Below the pieces are notes generated by a model. It had not been told where the DNA came from and did not search any database. It saw only the letters and a list, made by a program, of their open reading frames with translations. 62,490 nucleotides of DNA, taken from positions 186,001 to 248,490 of the forward strand of contig JAVKOQ020000051.1 of assembly GCA_031835245.2 (NCBI GenBank), read 5' to 3'. Source of the stretch: Balamuthia mandrillaris (lineage: Eukaryota). The translations under genes were made by a program, and so were the position numbers. Of the stretch, positions 1 through 12,255 are shown in pieces. The first letter of the stretch is position 1. Each line of letters starts with the position of its first letter.

Positions 1-116
1 AACGACAAGAAACAACAAGAAAGAGAGAATGAATAAAAGAAAGAGAACGAAAAAGAGAAGACAACAATATGTAATGTTACACATAAGTAAGCCAAAAAAA
101 AAGGTGAAATGCATAC

Positions 117-581
117 GGTAGCAAACAGCGTCCATGGAGTAGTAGTCTCCCCTCTCAAAGCATACTAGCACATCCCGGCCATGAACAGGAAGACGCTTTC
201 TCCGCCCTACAGCCTCCTGTATCTCCGCTTCCGTGCCAACGCGCACCCACTGTTCCACGCTTGCTTCATCTCTTTGTCCTATATTTTTTTTAACATTTAA
301 GAGAGAGAGAAAGAGAGAGAAAGCAACAAGAAAGTACTTTTGACAACTTCGTAAGTATGGGAAGCATCAAAAACGAAATTGTAGCTGCCAGAGGCGTCGG
401 CCTCGATGGGCTGGGCTTCCTCGGACAGATGGGAGTCCCGAAGATAAAAGTCGTTCATGGCGGACATCAAAGAGAGTTTCTTCTCGTTCACATCGGAGCG
501 CCTCAGTTGAAAGGAGCGTTGCCCGTGCGAATCTGCACGAGCAAAGAAATGGATCCGATCACTTGCATTCGGCGCATTCAT
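117..581 (-). CDS. Rieske [2Fe-2S] domain protein, 5' part (continues off the left edge)
   Basis: Exons 581-338 and 278-117 join in phase across a GT-AG intron. Exon 2 reads WVRVGTEAEI...RLPVHGRDVLVCFERGDYYSMDAVCY(H), the first C-x-H ligand box of Rieske ferredoxins. The second box lies outside the window. Confidence 0.7.
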
Positions 582-927
582 TCTTTTCTTTTGCTTGTTG
601 CAACGCTATAGCACATCACGTCGTCGCGAAATCCTTAAAAAATTGAAGATTATCGTCGATCACGTCGTCGTGGAGTTTTGGAATAAATGTCGACAACTGC
701 CGTTATCCTTAAAAGAATAAATGTGGACATTTTTTACCTGAAAAAATAACGACGGTTCGTCGAACGTTACCTTTTTTTGATTTGTTCAATCTCCTTTGGC
801 GCAAAACAATGCATTGGATCGACCGATACCATTGTCTTTTTTGTCCGCGATTTCTGCCACCACTTGGCAAAGGAGTCTAAGTTATTGGGAGTTGGAGGAA
901 GGCAACAAAAAGACAGCAGCAGAAGGA

Positions 928-2440
928 ATGAATAACACCGACTCTATCCGTGAGGCAGACGAATTGTTGGAAGCTCTGTTGAAGGATTATCAAGAGCCTG
1001 CAGCTGCGACACCACCAGTGAGACAGTTCAACGCCCCCTTTCGCAGTCCCTCCTCCCCCTCCTCCTCTATGTCTTCTCTCCCTGCTTTCCAACAGCAACA
1101 ACAACCTCAGCAGAACACTGCCTCCACCTTACCAAAACAGACGACACAAGCACCTCCCAGCCCAGCTTCGTCTCTCCCCCCTGCCACCAAAGATCCAGCA
1201 CCTGCTCAGGAAGAGAGTGACGACGAAGATGAGTCCAAGGATGACAGCGAGGACGAAAACAAAAAGGAGCAGAGCAGCAGGAACAGTCCATCTCCTTCAA
1301 AGAAAAAACGAAGCTCCGCGGTGTCCAGCGTGAAAAAGAGTTTGACGCTTAGAAGAAAGAAAAAGTCAAAAGAAAAAGAGGGGGACTCAAGCGAAGAGGA
1401 CTCACCAAAAAGAGAGGAAGAATTGAAGAGGAGTGGCACCTTGAGAAATGCAAACCAAAGCAGCGGTCTGCAGCAACAAAAGAGTAGCTCTGGCAAGAGT
1501 AGTGCTGACTCTTCTGAAGGAATCGAGGTGGAAAGCAGCTTCATCCAAGGTTTGTTTTTCTCTTGCGTCCACTGTCTCCATTTCTAAAGCCTCTGTTTCC
1601 GCATCCATCTGCAGCGAGTGACAGGAGCAGGTTTGCTCAAAGCCCGGTGATGAGAGAGGCGAGGCTGGCGGTGATGAGCATGCGCAAGCTCGAAGCTTGC
1701 GCGCATGACAGCAATGTGGGTATAGAAGACTTTTTGGTGGCGGCTAGACAAACTGTCGGATCTTTCACGGTCCTCTTTGAGAAGTTGACCAACCAAGGCA
1801 GGGAAGACCTTATCAGCACCCTTAAAATGTGCAGTGTAAGTTCTTTTCTCCCCACTGTTATTGTTCTTTCACTAAGCTTCTTCCGCCAACTTCCTCAAAC
1901 TTCTTCTTTGTTGAGGTTCTTCTCGTTCTTCTTCTTCAAATTCTTACGCCGCTTCTTCTTTTCTCGTTATCCCTTCTGCTTCTCATCTCCGCTTCCGTTG
2001 ACTGAAATACTTCGCTTGGCGTTTTGAAGGTGAAACTTATCTCCTCGGGGAAAACGTTCAAGCAACAACCAAACAACGAAGAAGCAAGAGGTCAGTTTGC
2101 TGAAGCCCAAAACGAGGTTGCAGAGTGCATTCGCTTCATCTTGTCCCAAACCTGCGCCAGTTCTGGTTCTAGAGCAGGCAGCTTTTTAGGAGGGAGCAGC
2201 CCAGTAGCATCTTCAGTCGAACGAAGAGGAACAACTCAGTCTGGAAGCAGTTCGCCATTGACGACCTCATCTTCTCAAGCGCTAACATCAGCGTCCTCTT
2301 CGGCCCTGGGATATCCTGAACTTGGCGGAATGCTTCAGTTAGTCCAACTGCGCGACTTATCGGTGATCGACGAAAAGGACTACAAAGAGCTGAGAGACGC
2401 GCTTCTCCAGCAGTTCAAGCGGAGAATCGGCAAAAGCTAG
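928..2440 (+). CDS. Hypothetical multi-exon protein with Ser/Lys-rich N-terminus and amphipathic helical segments
   Basis: ORF pieces 928-1549, ~1614-1835 and ~2030-2437 are separated by pyrimidine-rich GT-AG introns. The 3' end is uncertain (possible extra exon near 2530-2610). No family recognised. Confidence 0.5.
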
Positions 2441-2917
2441 TTGTTTGTGTTGGTTTTCTGTTATTGTCAAACTTGGTTATTGACACCACTCCACACTTGC
2501 CTTGGCTGTGTATCCCCAATCAAGAGTAGGAGATGACCTGGTGTGCACTAGATTTGTTGTTGCCCAAACAGGGGAGGAGACTTCTCATGATATTGCTCAG
2601 GAGTTGTGACATTGGAATCATCAGGAGATGAAAGGCTCGCTCTCCGAGCTCCTATGTTGGGAGAAGCCTCGTCAACAATTCTACTCACCACTCTAGATAT
2701 TGCGTAATTGCGTGCAACACAGGCTAACGCCAACAGCAGGAGCAACGAACCAGGCCTCTGTCCACTCTTAATCATGTGGTCGTAGGATCGAGCCCCAGGC
2801 CTGGCGATCAATTTTTTAGTGAATTGGATCTAAAGAGGTGCGATGCTTTGATCTATTGCACAGAGTTTTAAACCACCAATCAAAAATCAAAATGGAGGGC
2901 CTTTTCTTGTATTCGTC

Positions 2918-4516
2918 ATGTCGACACGCTTCAAACAAAAAAAAAGTACAAAGAAAAAGACAACAAAAAAAGGCCTTAGGGGATGTAATTCGAGAATGCG
3001 CCCTAAAACCAAGAAGCAAGAAACGAAAGCGTCAGAGGAGGCGGCACCACCGCGACCACACCGTTGGCGACCCGCCCAAGAAGACGACCACGATGCTCCT
3101 CCTCCTGGCGTCCAACATTTTTATTCCGACTTGGAGCCGCCCACGCCGGGTCCTCGCGTACGACTCCATCGCACCGAAGCAAATGTAGAGGGAGTGGAGG
3201 AAGGAGCGCTTCTTCCAGGGTGGGCGGCCGAGGCCTTGTCACCAATCTCTCTGTTGAACTGCGTTCAAAGCGCTGCCCTGCCGGTTTTCTTCGGCAGTCA
3301 CCACCACGCCTTGTTGTGTGCGCCAAGCGGCTGTGGCAAGGGCACCTCTGCTCTCTTTGCCCTCTTTCGAGAACTTCAGCAAGAAGGGAAGCGAGTAGCC
3401 GGAAGGATAGGAGAAGGAGTGATGACGGCCTATGTGGTTCCATCCACACGAGTGAAGGAGCCCATCATGAGGTGGCTCCGTCGTCGGCTTTGTCCTCTCC
3501 AAGTGAAAGTGAGGGACGTTTCGCAACTCCAACGTGAACCACAAGAACCAGAAGGAGACCACAAAGGACAAGAGGGTGATGGAGAGAAAGAAGAAGGAAG
3601 CAGCTTTGTTTTGGCAGTTGGAGAAGTAAACGAGTGGAAGGGGCTCGCGGCAAGCAGCAGAATGCAGCACTTGCAGTTGATTCTTATCCAAGACGTGGAG
3701 GAGCTATGTGATGCGCAAGAAGAAGGACAAGAGAGCTGTCTCCAGGAGCTGTTAGCATCGCTTCTTTCTGCAAACAACGAGAATGCACGTGTTGTGGCAT
3801 TGGCTGGAGCTATTGATGAACGACAGGTTTGTGACTCCTGGAAGCACATCCGCCGGTGCTTAACACAACATGCACAGAAAGAAGACGTGGTGGAACTGAC
3901 CTTCAACAGCCGCTACAGATATCCCTTGCTAAACAGGCAGAGCTTTGTACGAATAGCAATCTCGCAAAACAAGAAGATGAACAAAGAAGAAGAACGGGAA
4001 GAGAAAGAAAGGAGGACAGCAATTGAGAGAGCGATAGTGGAGGGACTACAATGTGCGTGCCGCGAGTTGCTTCACACTGGCTCGAGTTTATCATCATCCA
4101 TTTCTCCGCTCATTGTGCTCTACTACGAATCCACCAACCCTCTCGCCTTCACCGCTGTCAACACTCTCTCCGCACTCCACGCCCACAAGAAGGAAGCACA
4201 ACGCACAAACATGACGTTGAATATAATACAAGTGCACACCATGCAAGACTGGGAAGAGGCCGCTTCGAAAAAAAACGACATGCTTCATCCCTCTCGGAGC
4301 AATGGCGCCACCGTGTTGGCGCTTGGCAGTCACTCCTTTTTGTGGGCCAGTTCCTCCAAAGAACTGCCGATGGGACACCAGGTCATCGTTTGCTCTGTGT
4401 TGGATGAGCGGCCGCCCACTCGCCCGGAGGCAAAGCACATGACGGCTCACACAGAACGCTTCGTGATGGTTGCTGATGATCGGCTGTGCGACGCATTCAT
4501 GGCTTCCATGACCTGA
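2918..4516 (+). CDS. Intronless Brr2/ASCC3 (Ski2-like) helicase-related protein with degenerate motifs
   Basis: 532-aa ORF. LNCVQS (Q motif), LLCAPSGCGKG (motif I), AYVVPS (Ia), LILIQDVEEL (II), RVVALAGAI (III) and FNSRYRYPL are colinear with the first Brr2 RecA domain. Confidence 0.65.
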   Translation: MSTRFKQKKSTKKKTTKKGLRGCNSRMRPKTKKQETKASEEAAPPRPHRWRPAQEDDHDAPPPGVQHFYSDLEPPTPGPRVRLHRTEANVEGVEEGALLPGWAAEALSPISLLNCVQSAALPVFFGSHHHALLCAPSGCGKGTSALFALFRELQQEGKRVAGRIGEGVMTAYVVPSTRVKEPIMRWLRRRLCPLQVKVRDVSQLQREPQEPEGDHKGQEGDGEKEEGSSFVLAVGEVNEWKGLAASSRMQHLQLILIQDVEELCDAQEEGQESCLQELLASLLSANNENARVVALAGAIDERQVCDSWKHIRRCLTQHAQKEDVVELTFNSRYRYPLLNRQSFVRIAISQNKKMNKEEEREEKERRTAIERAIVEGLQCACRELLHTGSSLSSSISPLIVLYYESTNPLAFTAVNTLSALHAHKKEAQRTNMTLNIIQVHTMQDWEEAASKKNDMLHPSRSNGATVLALGSHSFLWASSSKELPMGHQVIVCSVLDERPPTRPEAKHMTAHTERFVMVADDRLCDAFMASMT

Positions 4517-4772
4517 AAAACAATGCGAGGCGAAGAATTTTTCGTGAAATTTCATCAGCATACAGGAAAAGGTGCCACCTTAAATGTCGACAAGAATGAC
4601 ATTTGTTTTGCTCTTTTATTTGTAGCGCAGAAGGAAGAAAGAGAAAGCGAAGAGACGTGATAGACTACCCCCGCGCCCTTTCTCTTTCGCTCTTTTTTTT
4701 TTTTTTTTTTTTTTTGTGCAGGGGGTTCGAAGAAGGCTTTGTTTTTGCAGCAGTGAAACTTGGTGCCAGCGA

Positions 4773-7050
4773 ATGAAATTCTACATCATTATTTTGGTAG
4801 CTGGTATGCTACTCACGGGCTCCATCAATACCATCGTGAAGAGAGCCCAAAATGAAGCGTAGGGTGTCCTTCTTTTATTTATTTATTTTTTTTAACAACA
4901 CAAAATACTTATCCCTTCACACATCAAAAAAAGTTCAGCCAAAGGAATCGACGGTAAAGATCGTCAATTTGAGCATCCGTGGTTCCAAACGTGGGTCATG
5001 TTCATCGGGGAGTTTCTGTGCCTTGGCGGCCTCTTTGTTCAACGCTACTTGGAGTATCGGCGGAGGAAGCAGGCTGACGCAAAGTCCTTCCAGTACGGCC
5101 CCATTAACGATGAGGTGGAGGTTCCTCCTCTTACCCCTAAGCCACGGGTATGCCTTTTTTTTGTTTGCTGTCATTACGTGTTGCGTGTACCGTTTTTCTT
5201 TCCTGGCATTTGTCTTCTTTCTTGCTCTCTTGTGTTTTGGTTCTCTTTCTCTTCTATTGTTTCGCTGCTCCCTCGTGCTTCTCTGTCTCTGTCTCTGTCT
5301 CTGTCTCTGTCTCTGTCTCTGTCTCTGTCTCTGTCTCTGTCTCTGTCTCTGTCTCTGTCTCTGTCTCTGTCTCTGTCTCTGTCTCTGTCTCTGTCTCTGT
5401 CTCTGTCTCTGTCTCTGTCTCTGTCTCTGTCTCTGTCTCTGTCTCTGTCTCTGTCTCTGTCTCTGTCTCTGTCTCTGTCTCTGTCTCTGTCTCTGTCTCT
5501 GTCTCTGTCTCTGTCTCTGTCTCTGAAACGAATCAAACAATTACAACCAAACGAAGATATTTCAATGGGTGTTGATACTTCCAACACTGTTTGATTTGGC
5601 GGGTACCACTTTGGCAGGCATTGGTCTGTTATGGATTTATGCTTCCGTTTGGCAAATGCTCAGGTAATTTTTTTCCTTTCTCTCTTTTGCTTTCTTTATC
5701 TTTTGGTTTTTGTTGTAAAAACTTAACTCATAAGCGAACAAAACAAAATAAAGAGGGTCAATCATCGTTTTTACGGGCATTCTGTCGGTAATCTTTTTGA
5801 AGCGGAAACTGTCGGCTTATCATTGGTTGGGTATGGCCATCGTGGTGCTGGGCCTTGCCCTGGTAGGCACTGCAAGTATTCTCGGCGAATCTGGAAGCAA
5901 AGGCTATAAAGTAAGTCTCCTTGTTCTCTTTTTTTTTTCCCTTTTTTTTCTTTTTGTTTCTTTTTCTTTTTTGTTCTCTGCTTGTTTTCTCACCCATACG
6001 TTTGTACACGTACAAAAGATGTATTTGGGAATAGGCCTCATTCTTTTGGGACAACTGTGCAGTGCTGGACAGATGGTTGTGGAAGAGACCTTTGTAAAGG
6101 GAAGAGCACTTCCTCCATTGCAAATTGTCGGATTGGAAGGTTTCTTTGGATTGGTTATCATGACTGTGGTCTTTTTGCCCGTCATTTACTTCATTCCTGG
6201 TAGTCAACCCAGTCACTTTTCCCATGGAAGCTATGAAAACACATTAGATGCTTTTGTGCAGGTTTGTTTCTTCTTCGTTTCTCCTTTTACTCTATTCCTT
6301 CCCTGTTTCCATCTTTTAGTCCTTTCTTATTTGTTTTTTTCCTGGTCATCCACTTTCTTCTGTTATGAATGCTCACTTCTCGTTCTCACTTTTTTTCTTT
6401 AGTTGGGTAACAGCTGGTTTTTGTTGGCTACAACATTCGGATATCTCATTTCAATTGCTTTCTACAACTTTTTCGGTTTGGCTGTTACCAAATCCTTAAC
6501 TGCTGTTCATCGAACCCTCATTGATGCCTGTCGAACCATTATCGTTTGGGTTGTTGGTATGTCTTTTCTTTCATTTTTGCTTCTATTATCTTCTCTCTGT
6601 CTTGCCGTTCCTTGTCTTTTCTTTCGTTCATTCTTTCTCTCTCTTGTTGTTTCTTTTTTGTCGGTTCGTTCTTGTTGCTTCTTTCTGTTTTCCTTCTTTC
6701 TTTCTTTCGTTTTTGCTAAAACATAACACCAAGGTCTTTTCTTGTACTACGCCGTCGACTTGCACGACATCGGAGAGGCGTGGACGAAATGGTCGGGCCT
6801 GCAAGTGGCCGGGTTTGTGCTCTTATTTTTAGGCACGCTTATCTACAACGCCGTGGTTAAGCTCCCCTTTTTCCGTTACGAGAAGCCGAAAATGGCTGAA
6901 GTCATCAAAGTGGCGGTTCAGGACAGCGAGACGGAACCGCTGATTGATGATAGCACCTCCTCCATGTGGAGCGATGAGCTGCCTACTTCCTTGCGAAGAA
7001 TGAAGAACGAGGAATGGGTGGAAGAAGATACAGGGATGAAGAGAGAATGA
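4773..7050 (+). CDS. SLC35F6: SLC35F6-like nucleotide-sugar/DMT transporter, multi-exon
   Basis: GMLLTGSINT, FEHPWFQTWVMFIGEFLCL, QMVVEE, IVGLEGFFG, SIAFYNFFGLAVTKSLTAVHRTLIDACRT and LIYN motifs are spread over GT-AG exons. Confidence 0.85.
5281..5525 (+). repeat. (CTCTGT)n microsatellite, about 41 units, intronic
   Basis: Perfect hexamer run inside an intron of the SLC35F6-like gene. Confidence 0.97.
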
Positions 7051-7207
7051 GTGAAGGAAAGAAGGAAAGAAGGAAAGATGAAAGAATGAAGAAGACGAAG
7101 ATGATGCAAAAACTTATTTTCTTTACTTTTCACTGAAGTCCTTTTTTTTTAACCAGAGAGAAGAGAGAAAGGAAGAAAGAAACGACAAGAACAAGGACGA
7201 ACCAACG

Positions 7208-8437
7208 ATGGGCACCAAAGAGCACCAACAAACCGAACACGAAGAGATAGAGGAGAACCAAGTAGCGGGGGCAGAGTGGGAGCAACTGCCAGATGAGCTG
7301 CTCTCTTTGGTTTTGTCCGCGGTGGATCCTTTGTTCGTGGGCATCGCGGCAAGGACCTGTCGCGCTTGGTACCGCTGCGCTCCGCCTGCTCTTCGGGACC
7401 GGCTGTACCAAGCGGCAGTGTGCAGCTCTAAGCCACTGTTGCAATGGGCGGTGCAAGGGGAGGCCAAGACTGGCCTCTGCCCTGTGAACGAGGAACTCGC
7501 CGCCATGATCGCCAGACAGGGCCACTTGGAGCTGCTGAAGTGGGCGAGAGAGGGGCTGAACTGTCCTTGGGACGAGCACACTTGCAGCTTGGCCGCAGGG
7601 CAAGGTCACTTGCAACTGTTGCAGTGGGCCAGAGCCAACGGTTGTGCTTGGGGGGAGTGGACCTGCGTCGAAGCCGCCAAGAATGGCCAGGTGGAGGTGC
7701 TGAAATGGGCGAGAGAGAACGGATGTCCTTGGGACAGGCGTGTTTGCTGCTTTGCTGCCCAACGCGGGCAGTTGGAAGCACTAAAGTGGGCCAGGACCAA
7801 CGGGTGTCCTTGGGATCAACGAGCCTGCACCTGGGCCGCTGGGAACGGCCATTTGGAAGTGCTGCAATGGGCGAGAGAGAACGGATGCCCTTGGAGCGGG
7901 GATACTTGTTGTGAAGCTGCCTTAGCGGGGCGTTTGGAGGTGCTGCAATGGGCGAGAGAGAATGGATGCCCTTGGGATGAAAGGACTTGCTCCTCTGCTG
8001 CCTGGAACGGCCATTTGGAAGTGTTGCAATGGGCTCACGCCCACGGATGTCGTTGGACGGCAAGCACTTGCATGAATGCTGCTGCGAACGGCCATTTGGA
8101 GATGCTGAAATGGCTCACGGCCAATGGGTGCCCATGGAGCACATTCATTTGCCACATAGCTGCCCGGAGAGGGCAGTTGGAAGTGCTGAAATGGGCCAGA
8201 GAGAACGGCCGTCCCTGGGACGAAGAAACGTGTTCCATGGCTGCTGGGAACGGTCATTTGGAGGTGCTGAAATGGGCCAGAGAGCATGGTTGTCCTTGGG
8301 ACGAAAGAACTTGCACAGCGGCTGCAGAGAACGGCCATGTGGAAGTGCTGAAATGGGCCAGAGAGAACAAATGCCCTTGGACCACCCGCGCTCGTAAGTA
8401 TGGCGCAGAGCATGGATACGTAGAAGAGGAGAGCTAA
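7208..8437 (+). CDS. F-box-like plus ankyrin-repeat protein (27-aa CPW-type repeats), intronless
   Basis: WEQLPDELLSLVLS...CRAW is F-box-like. It is followed by about 11 repeats of GHLEVLKWARENGCPWDExTCxxAA. Confidence 0.9.
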   Translation: MGTKEHQQTEHEEIEENQVAGAEWEQLPDELLSLVLSAVDPLFVGIAARTCRAWYRCAPPALRDRLYQAAVCSSKPLLQWAVQGEAKTGLCPVNEELAAMIARQGHLELLKWAREGLNCPWDEHTCSLAAGQGHLQLLQWARANGCAWGEWTCVEAAKNGQVEVLKWARENGCPWDRRVCCFAAQRGQLEALKWARTNGCPWDQRACTWAAGNGHLEVLQWARENGCPWSGDTCCEAALAGRLEVLQWARENGCPWDERTCSSAAWNGHLEVLQWAHAHGCRWTASTCMNAAANGHLEMLKWLTANGCPWSTFICHIAARRGQLEVLKWARENGRPWDEETCSMAAGNGHLEVLKWAREHGCPWDERTCTAAAENGHVEVLKWARENKCPWTTRARKYGAEHGYVEEES

Positions 8438-8587
8438 AATGCCAAAGGTGATCCATCTTGTGCTCCGCTACAGGTAGGAGAAACACAGGCATTGCACCTC
8501 CACAGCAGCTTTCTTTCTACAAAAACGAACTAGGGGAAAGGTAAAACAACAATAAATTATATGATCGATATATCCATAGTGTGACTC

Positions 8588-10259
8588 TTAGTCTTCCATA
8601 TCAATTTGAATTTGAGCGTCGATCCGCTGGAGGAGGATTGAGGCTGATGGCCGTTCTGTTACGTTGTTGTTCAGGCAGTCTTGGATAAGTTGAAGCCACG
8701 AGGAAGGTATGTTACCCTTAAGTTCTTGCAACTGTGAAGAACGAAAACGTATGTTAAATAAAGAAGAAGAAACTAAAGGAAGCGGAAGAAGCAGAAGAAA
8801 AAGAAGGAGAAGCAGAAGAAGAAGAAGAAGAAGAAGAAGAAGAAGAAGAAGAAGAACAAGAACAAGAAGAAGAAGAAGAACAAGAACAAGAACAAGAACA
8901 AGAACAAGAACAAGAACAAGAAGAACAAGAAGAAGAGACGCAAGAAGACCTGATCTTCAGCAGCTTCTGGCAAGCTAAACAATGCCACATAACTAGCGCT
9001 CCCAGTGACGGACCAAGTCTGTCCTCTACAAAGACAAGACGCTCCAAATACTTCGGTCAACAGCATGCCAAAGGAGTAAATGTCCGACTTAAGAATATCT
9101 TGCGAAGTTCGGTGGGGAATGTTCAACCCTTCCAAAGCAGATGGGATGAGAGCGGGATCTCTCCATTTGGGAGGGGTGGAGAAGGGAAGCTTTGGTAGTC
9201 GCTCATATAACGCGGAGTTAGAAGGTAAGGTATCCGCCAAACCAAAGTCGCAAAGCTTTGGTTCAAAGCTATCTGTCAACTGGTTTTTGGGGCGTCAATA
9301 TAGATGAAACCAAAACAATATAAAACAAACATGTGAAAGAAAAACAAAACAAAGAAAGAACAGAAAAAGAACAAACCAAAATGTTGCCCGAATAAATGTC
9401 ATTGTGGCGAATGGAGTTGCTGTGGAGATGGACCATGGCAGCACAGACTCCACTTGCAATCTTGCACCGTTGCTCGTGGGTGAGCACGCGAATGGGTTTT
9501 TTGCTTGGTCCTCCTCCAAAGAGATAGTTCAGCAATGATCCCTTCTCCGCGTATTCAAAGAGTAAACTGAAGCGATACTCTTTGTTCAGCTATGAAATGA
9601 AATAACAAATCAGTCTTTCCTTCAGAAGGAGTTTTGAAAAAAGAGGGGAAACACCGACGAACCTGATGAAGAGGAGTTGCGATACCATAGTCATCGTATT
9701 CTTTTTCGTTTTCATGTAATGGCTGTTCTTCCAAGTCTTTCAAATCTTTTTGCCTCAACAGAGTGCATCCCTTGTATTGCACCACATTTGGATGCGTTGT
9801 CAGATGGCTGTTTGCAAACAGAAAAAACGACGTTTCTTTAACTTGAAGGATAAAGAGAAAGAAGCATAGAGAGAGAGAGAGAGAGAGAGAGAGAAGAACA
9901 TATAGGTAGCGGATCGTACCTTAGCACTATAGATTCTAACTTTAAAGTTTTGTCCATTTCGTTATGCGCTATTTTGATGGCCACTGGTTCCCCTCGTTCT
10001 TCATTTCTTTTGTTGAAGATTGCTTCTGTCTCATCTTCCTCTTTTTCTTTTTCCTTTTCTTTCAAAATATTTACGTATCTTTGTTCATCTGAGCCGTCAT
10101 CTCGTATATGTAATGGCAGATATGTGCCTTTCCATACAGTTGAAAAGTAACCACTTCCAATCGGCTCTTCTACCAACACGTTTGCCCCAAACTGCTTTAG
10201 TTGTTTTTCTATCTCCTCTATTTTTGTGTTAATATTAAACGATCCAAACAATAGACTGC

Positions 10260-10301
<42 letters not shown>

Positions 10302-11457
10302 ACATACCTCTCTTCATTGCTATTTGTAGAAGGATGTATTCTTTGTAGTCTGCCAAACATCGCTCTTTCACGTATGTGAAATCATTCTTCTAAATAAGTG
10401 AAGAAGAGAAAGGCAAAGAATAAGAAGAACAAGAACAAGAACAAGAACAAGAACAAGAACAAGAACAAGAACAAGAACAAGAACAAGAACAAGAACAAGA
10501 ACAAGAACAAGAAGAAGAACAAGAACAAGAACAAGAACAAGAAGGATAAATAAAACGGAAAATTGAGAGAATAAGGGAAGTTGACGAAAAAGAACCTCAG
10601 CAGCTTTGAGCAACTCCTCAAACGACCATCGCAACGGCGAAACCGCATCAATGGCATATCCAAGAGCTCCGCAGATCTCTCTCTCACTCTCCACGTTCAT
10701 CAACAGCAGCAACGCCGTTTCCATGTCATCATTGCCTATAGTTATTGATGTAGGATAGTTTGAGTATGTGTAGGAGCTAAGAAGCGATTGGGCCAATGAG
10801 GCGCTCAACAAATGTGGTGCCGTGGTCACCAATGTGCGAACGATTGGAAAGAGCCCTAAAGAGACTGCTTCCGTCCAACAGCTGGATAACAGCGGGCCAT
10901 AGAGTACGCGTGCCTTTTTTGAGGGTGATGGAAGGTTGGTAAGAGATAACTAAATAAAAGAAAATGAACGAAACTTCGACAAGAAAGAAGATGAGAAACG
11001 CAAGAACAAACGTACATCGACATCATGCAGCAAAGGCCGGTACAGTTCAAACATGAAATGGAAACAACGAAAAGCTCTGCATTGTACAGCAAGAAACAAC
11101 GTCCAAGGGGATGTTGAGACTCTGCTGTTGAATGGATTCGGCAGCTTTTGATTTCAGAAGACAACTTAAGCAAACAAAGCACAAGGACTTGAAAACAGCA
11201 AAGTTGTTGGTACCACGTGGTCGTTGATAGGATCGAAGCCCCACGCGCAAAGTTGTTGAAGGACGCCAACCCTGTCCTCCCTCAAAACGTGTTTGATGAC
11301 TTGCTTCTCCATTTTCGTGTAGTTCCTCTGCGAGCCAGAAGGGAGAGAGAGAGAGAGAGAGAGAAGAGGAGGGAAAGTGTAAGCATAGAGTGAAGAGAGA
11401 ACGAAGAGAATGAGAGATCGAGGGAAGAAGAGGGAGCGAATGAGAATAAGAATGAGA

Positions 11458-11489
<32 letters not shown>

Positions 11490-12088
11490 ACAAGAAAGAG
11501 CTAAACAAAAAATGAAGAGAGAAGAGAAGAGCGAGAAAGGCAAAAAGAGAAGGAATAGAGACAGTGAAGTGAAACCTGCGTAAAAGAAGGATGCCATAGT
11601 TTACGAAGAAGAGGGAGGTGACCACCGCTCGCTGCAAAGATAATCTTCCACAAGCGAACCCCACAAACAAGTAGGGTCAGTAAAGAAAGAAAGAGAAAAG
11701 CAAAGAAAGAACAGATGCAAGAACAAAGAAAGAGACGAAACAGAGAAACGCACCTTGCGGCCCTCGTCGTCAAACTGGGCGAGCTGTTTGCTTAGCTCCA
11801 CGAAGCGAGCCCTGAAGGTCTGGCCTCTTCTTTTCGGTCCACCAAAACTCTCCTCGAACTGTTATCCCAAACAAACAAAACAACATAAAAAGTTAAGCTG
11901 CAGGCTTCTTTCATCGATCCACAACAGAAAGAGAAGAAAAGGAAAACCAAAGACTGCCAAAGGTATTCATCTTGAGCGGCGACCATCCAGCGCTTGCAAA
12001 CCAACGACGCGGACCACAGGTCCCGCGGGGAAAGGAAGGAGAAGCACAGAAAGCGCAGCTCCGCCGGCAACTCCTCCTCTCTCCACAT
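8588..12088 (-). CDS. F-box plus protein kinase (TKL-like), multi-exon
   Basis: N-terminal LPAELRFLCFSFLSPRDLWSASLVCKRW F-box. Kinase motifs IGSGYFSTVWKG, VAIKI, GSLLNYL, HNDIYSGNIL, KLCDFG, SDIYSFG, and last exon LIQDCL...ERPS with stop at 8590-8588. Joining all exons into one gene is inferred from collinearity. Confidence 0.7.
8791..8936 (+). repeat. (AGA)n/(AAGAAC)n intronic microsatellite
   Basis: Tandem run inside a kinase-gene intron; pyrimidine-rich on the gene's sense strand. Confidence 0.9.
10425..10541 (+). repeat. (AAGAAC)n intronic microsatellite
   Basis: Near-perfect hexamer tandem array. Confidence 0.93.
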
Positions 12089-12255
12089 CTTTTTTTTGTT
12101 TCTCTCTTTTATCGTAACAATTCATCAAAGGGTCAATAATTTTCCGTTTATGGTATAATTATTTTGATTATTTATCTTTAAAAGGTAAATATCTCCGATA
12201 ATTGTTGAAATGCAAGGAAACATTTTAATAGAAGGAGAAGAACGAATAAAAAGAA

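Noticed and set aside
4852..5594. ORFs with poly-LC/SL/SV/QR/RD dipeptides
   Set aside because: Stop-free translations of the intronic (CTCTGT)n microsatellite.
7500..8400. 81-bp periodic repeats as a CRISPR-like or satellite array
   Set aside because: They are in-frame ankyrin-type coding repeats with synonymous variation and no repeat-spacer structure.
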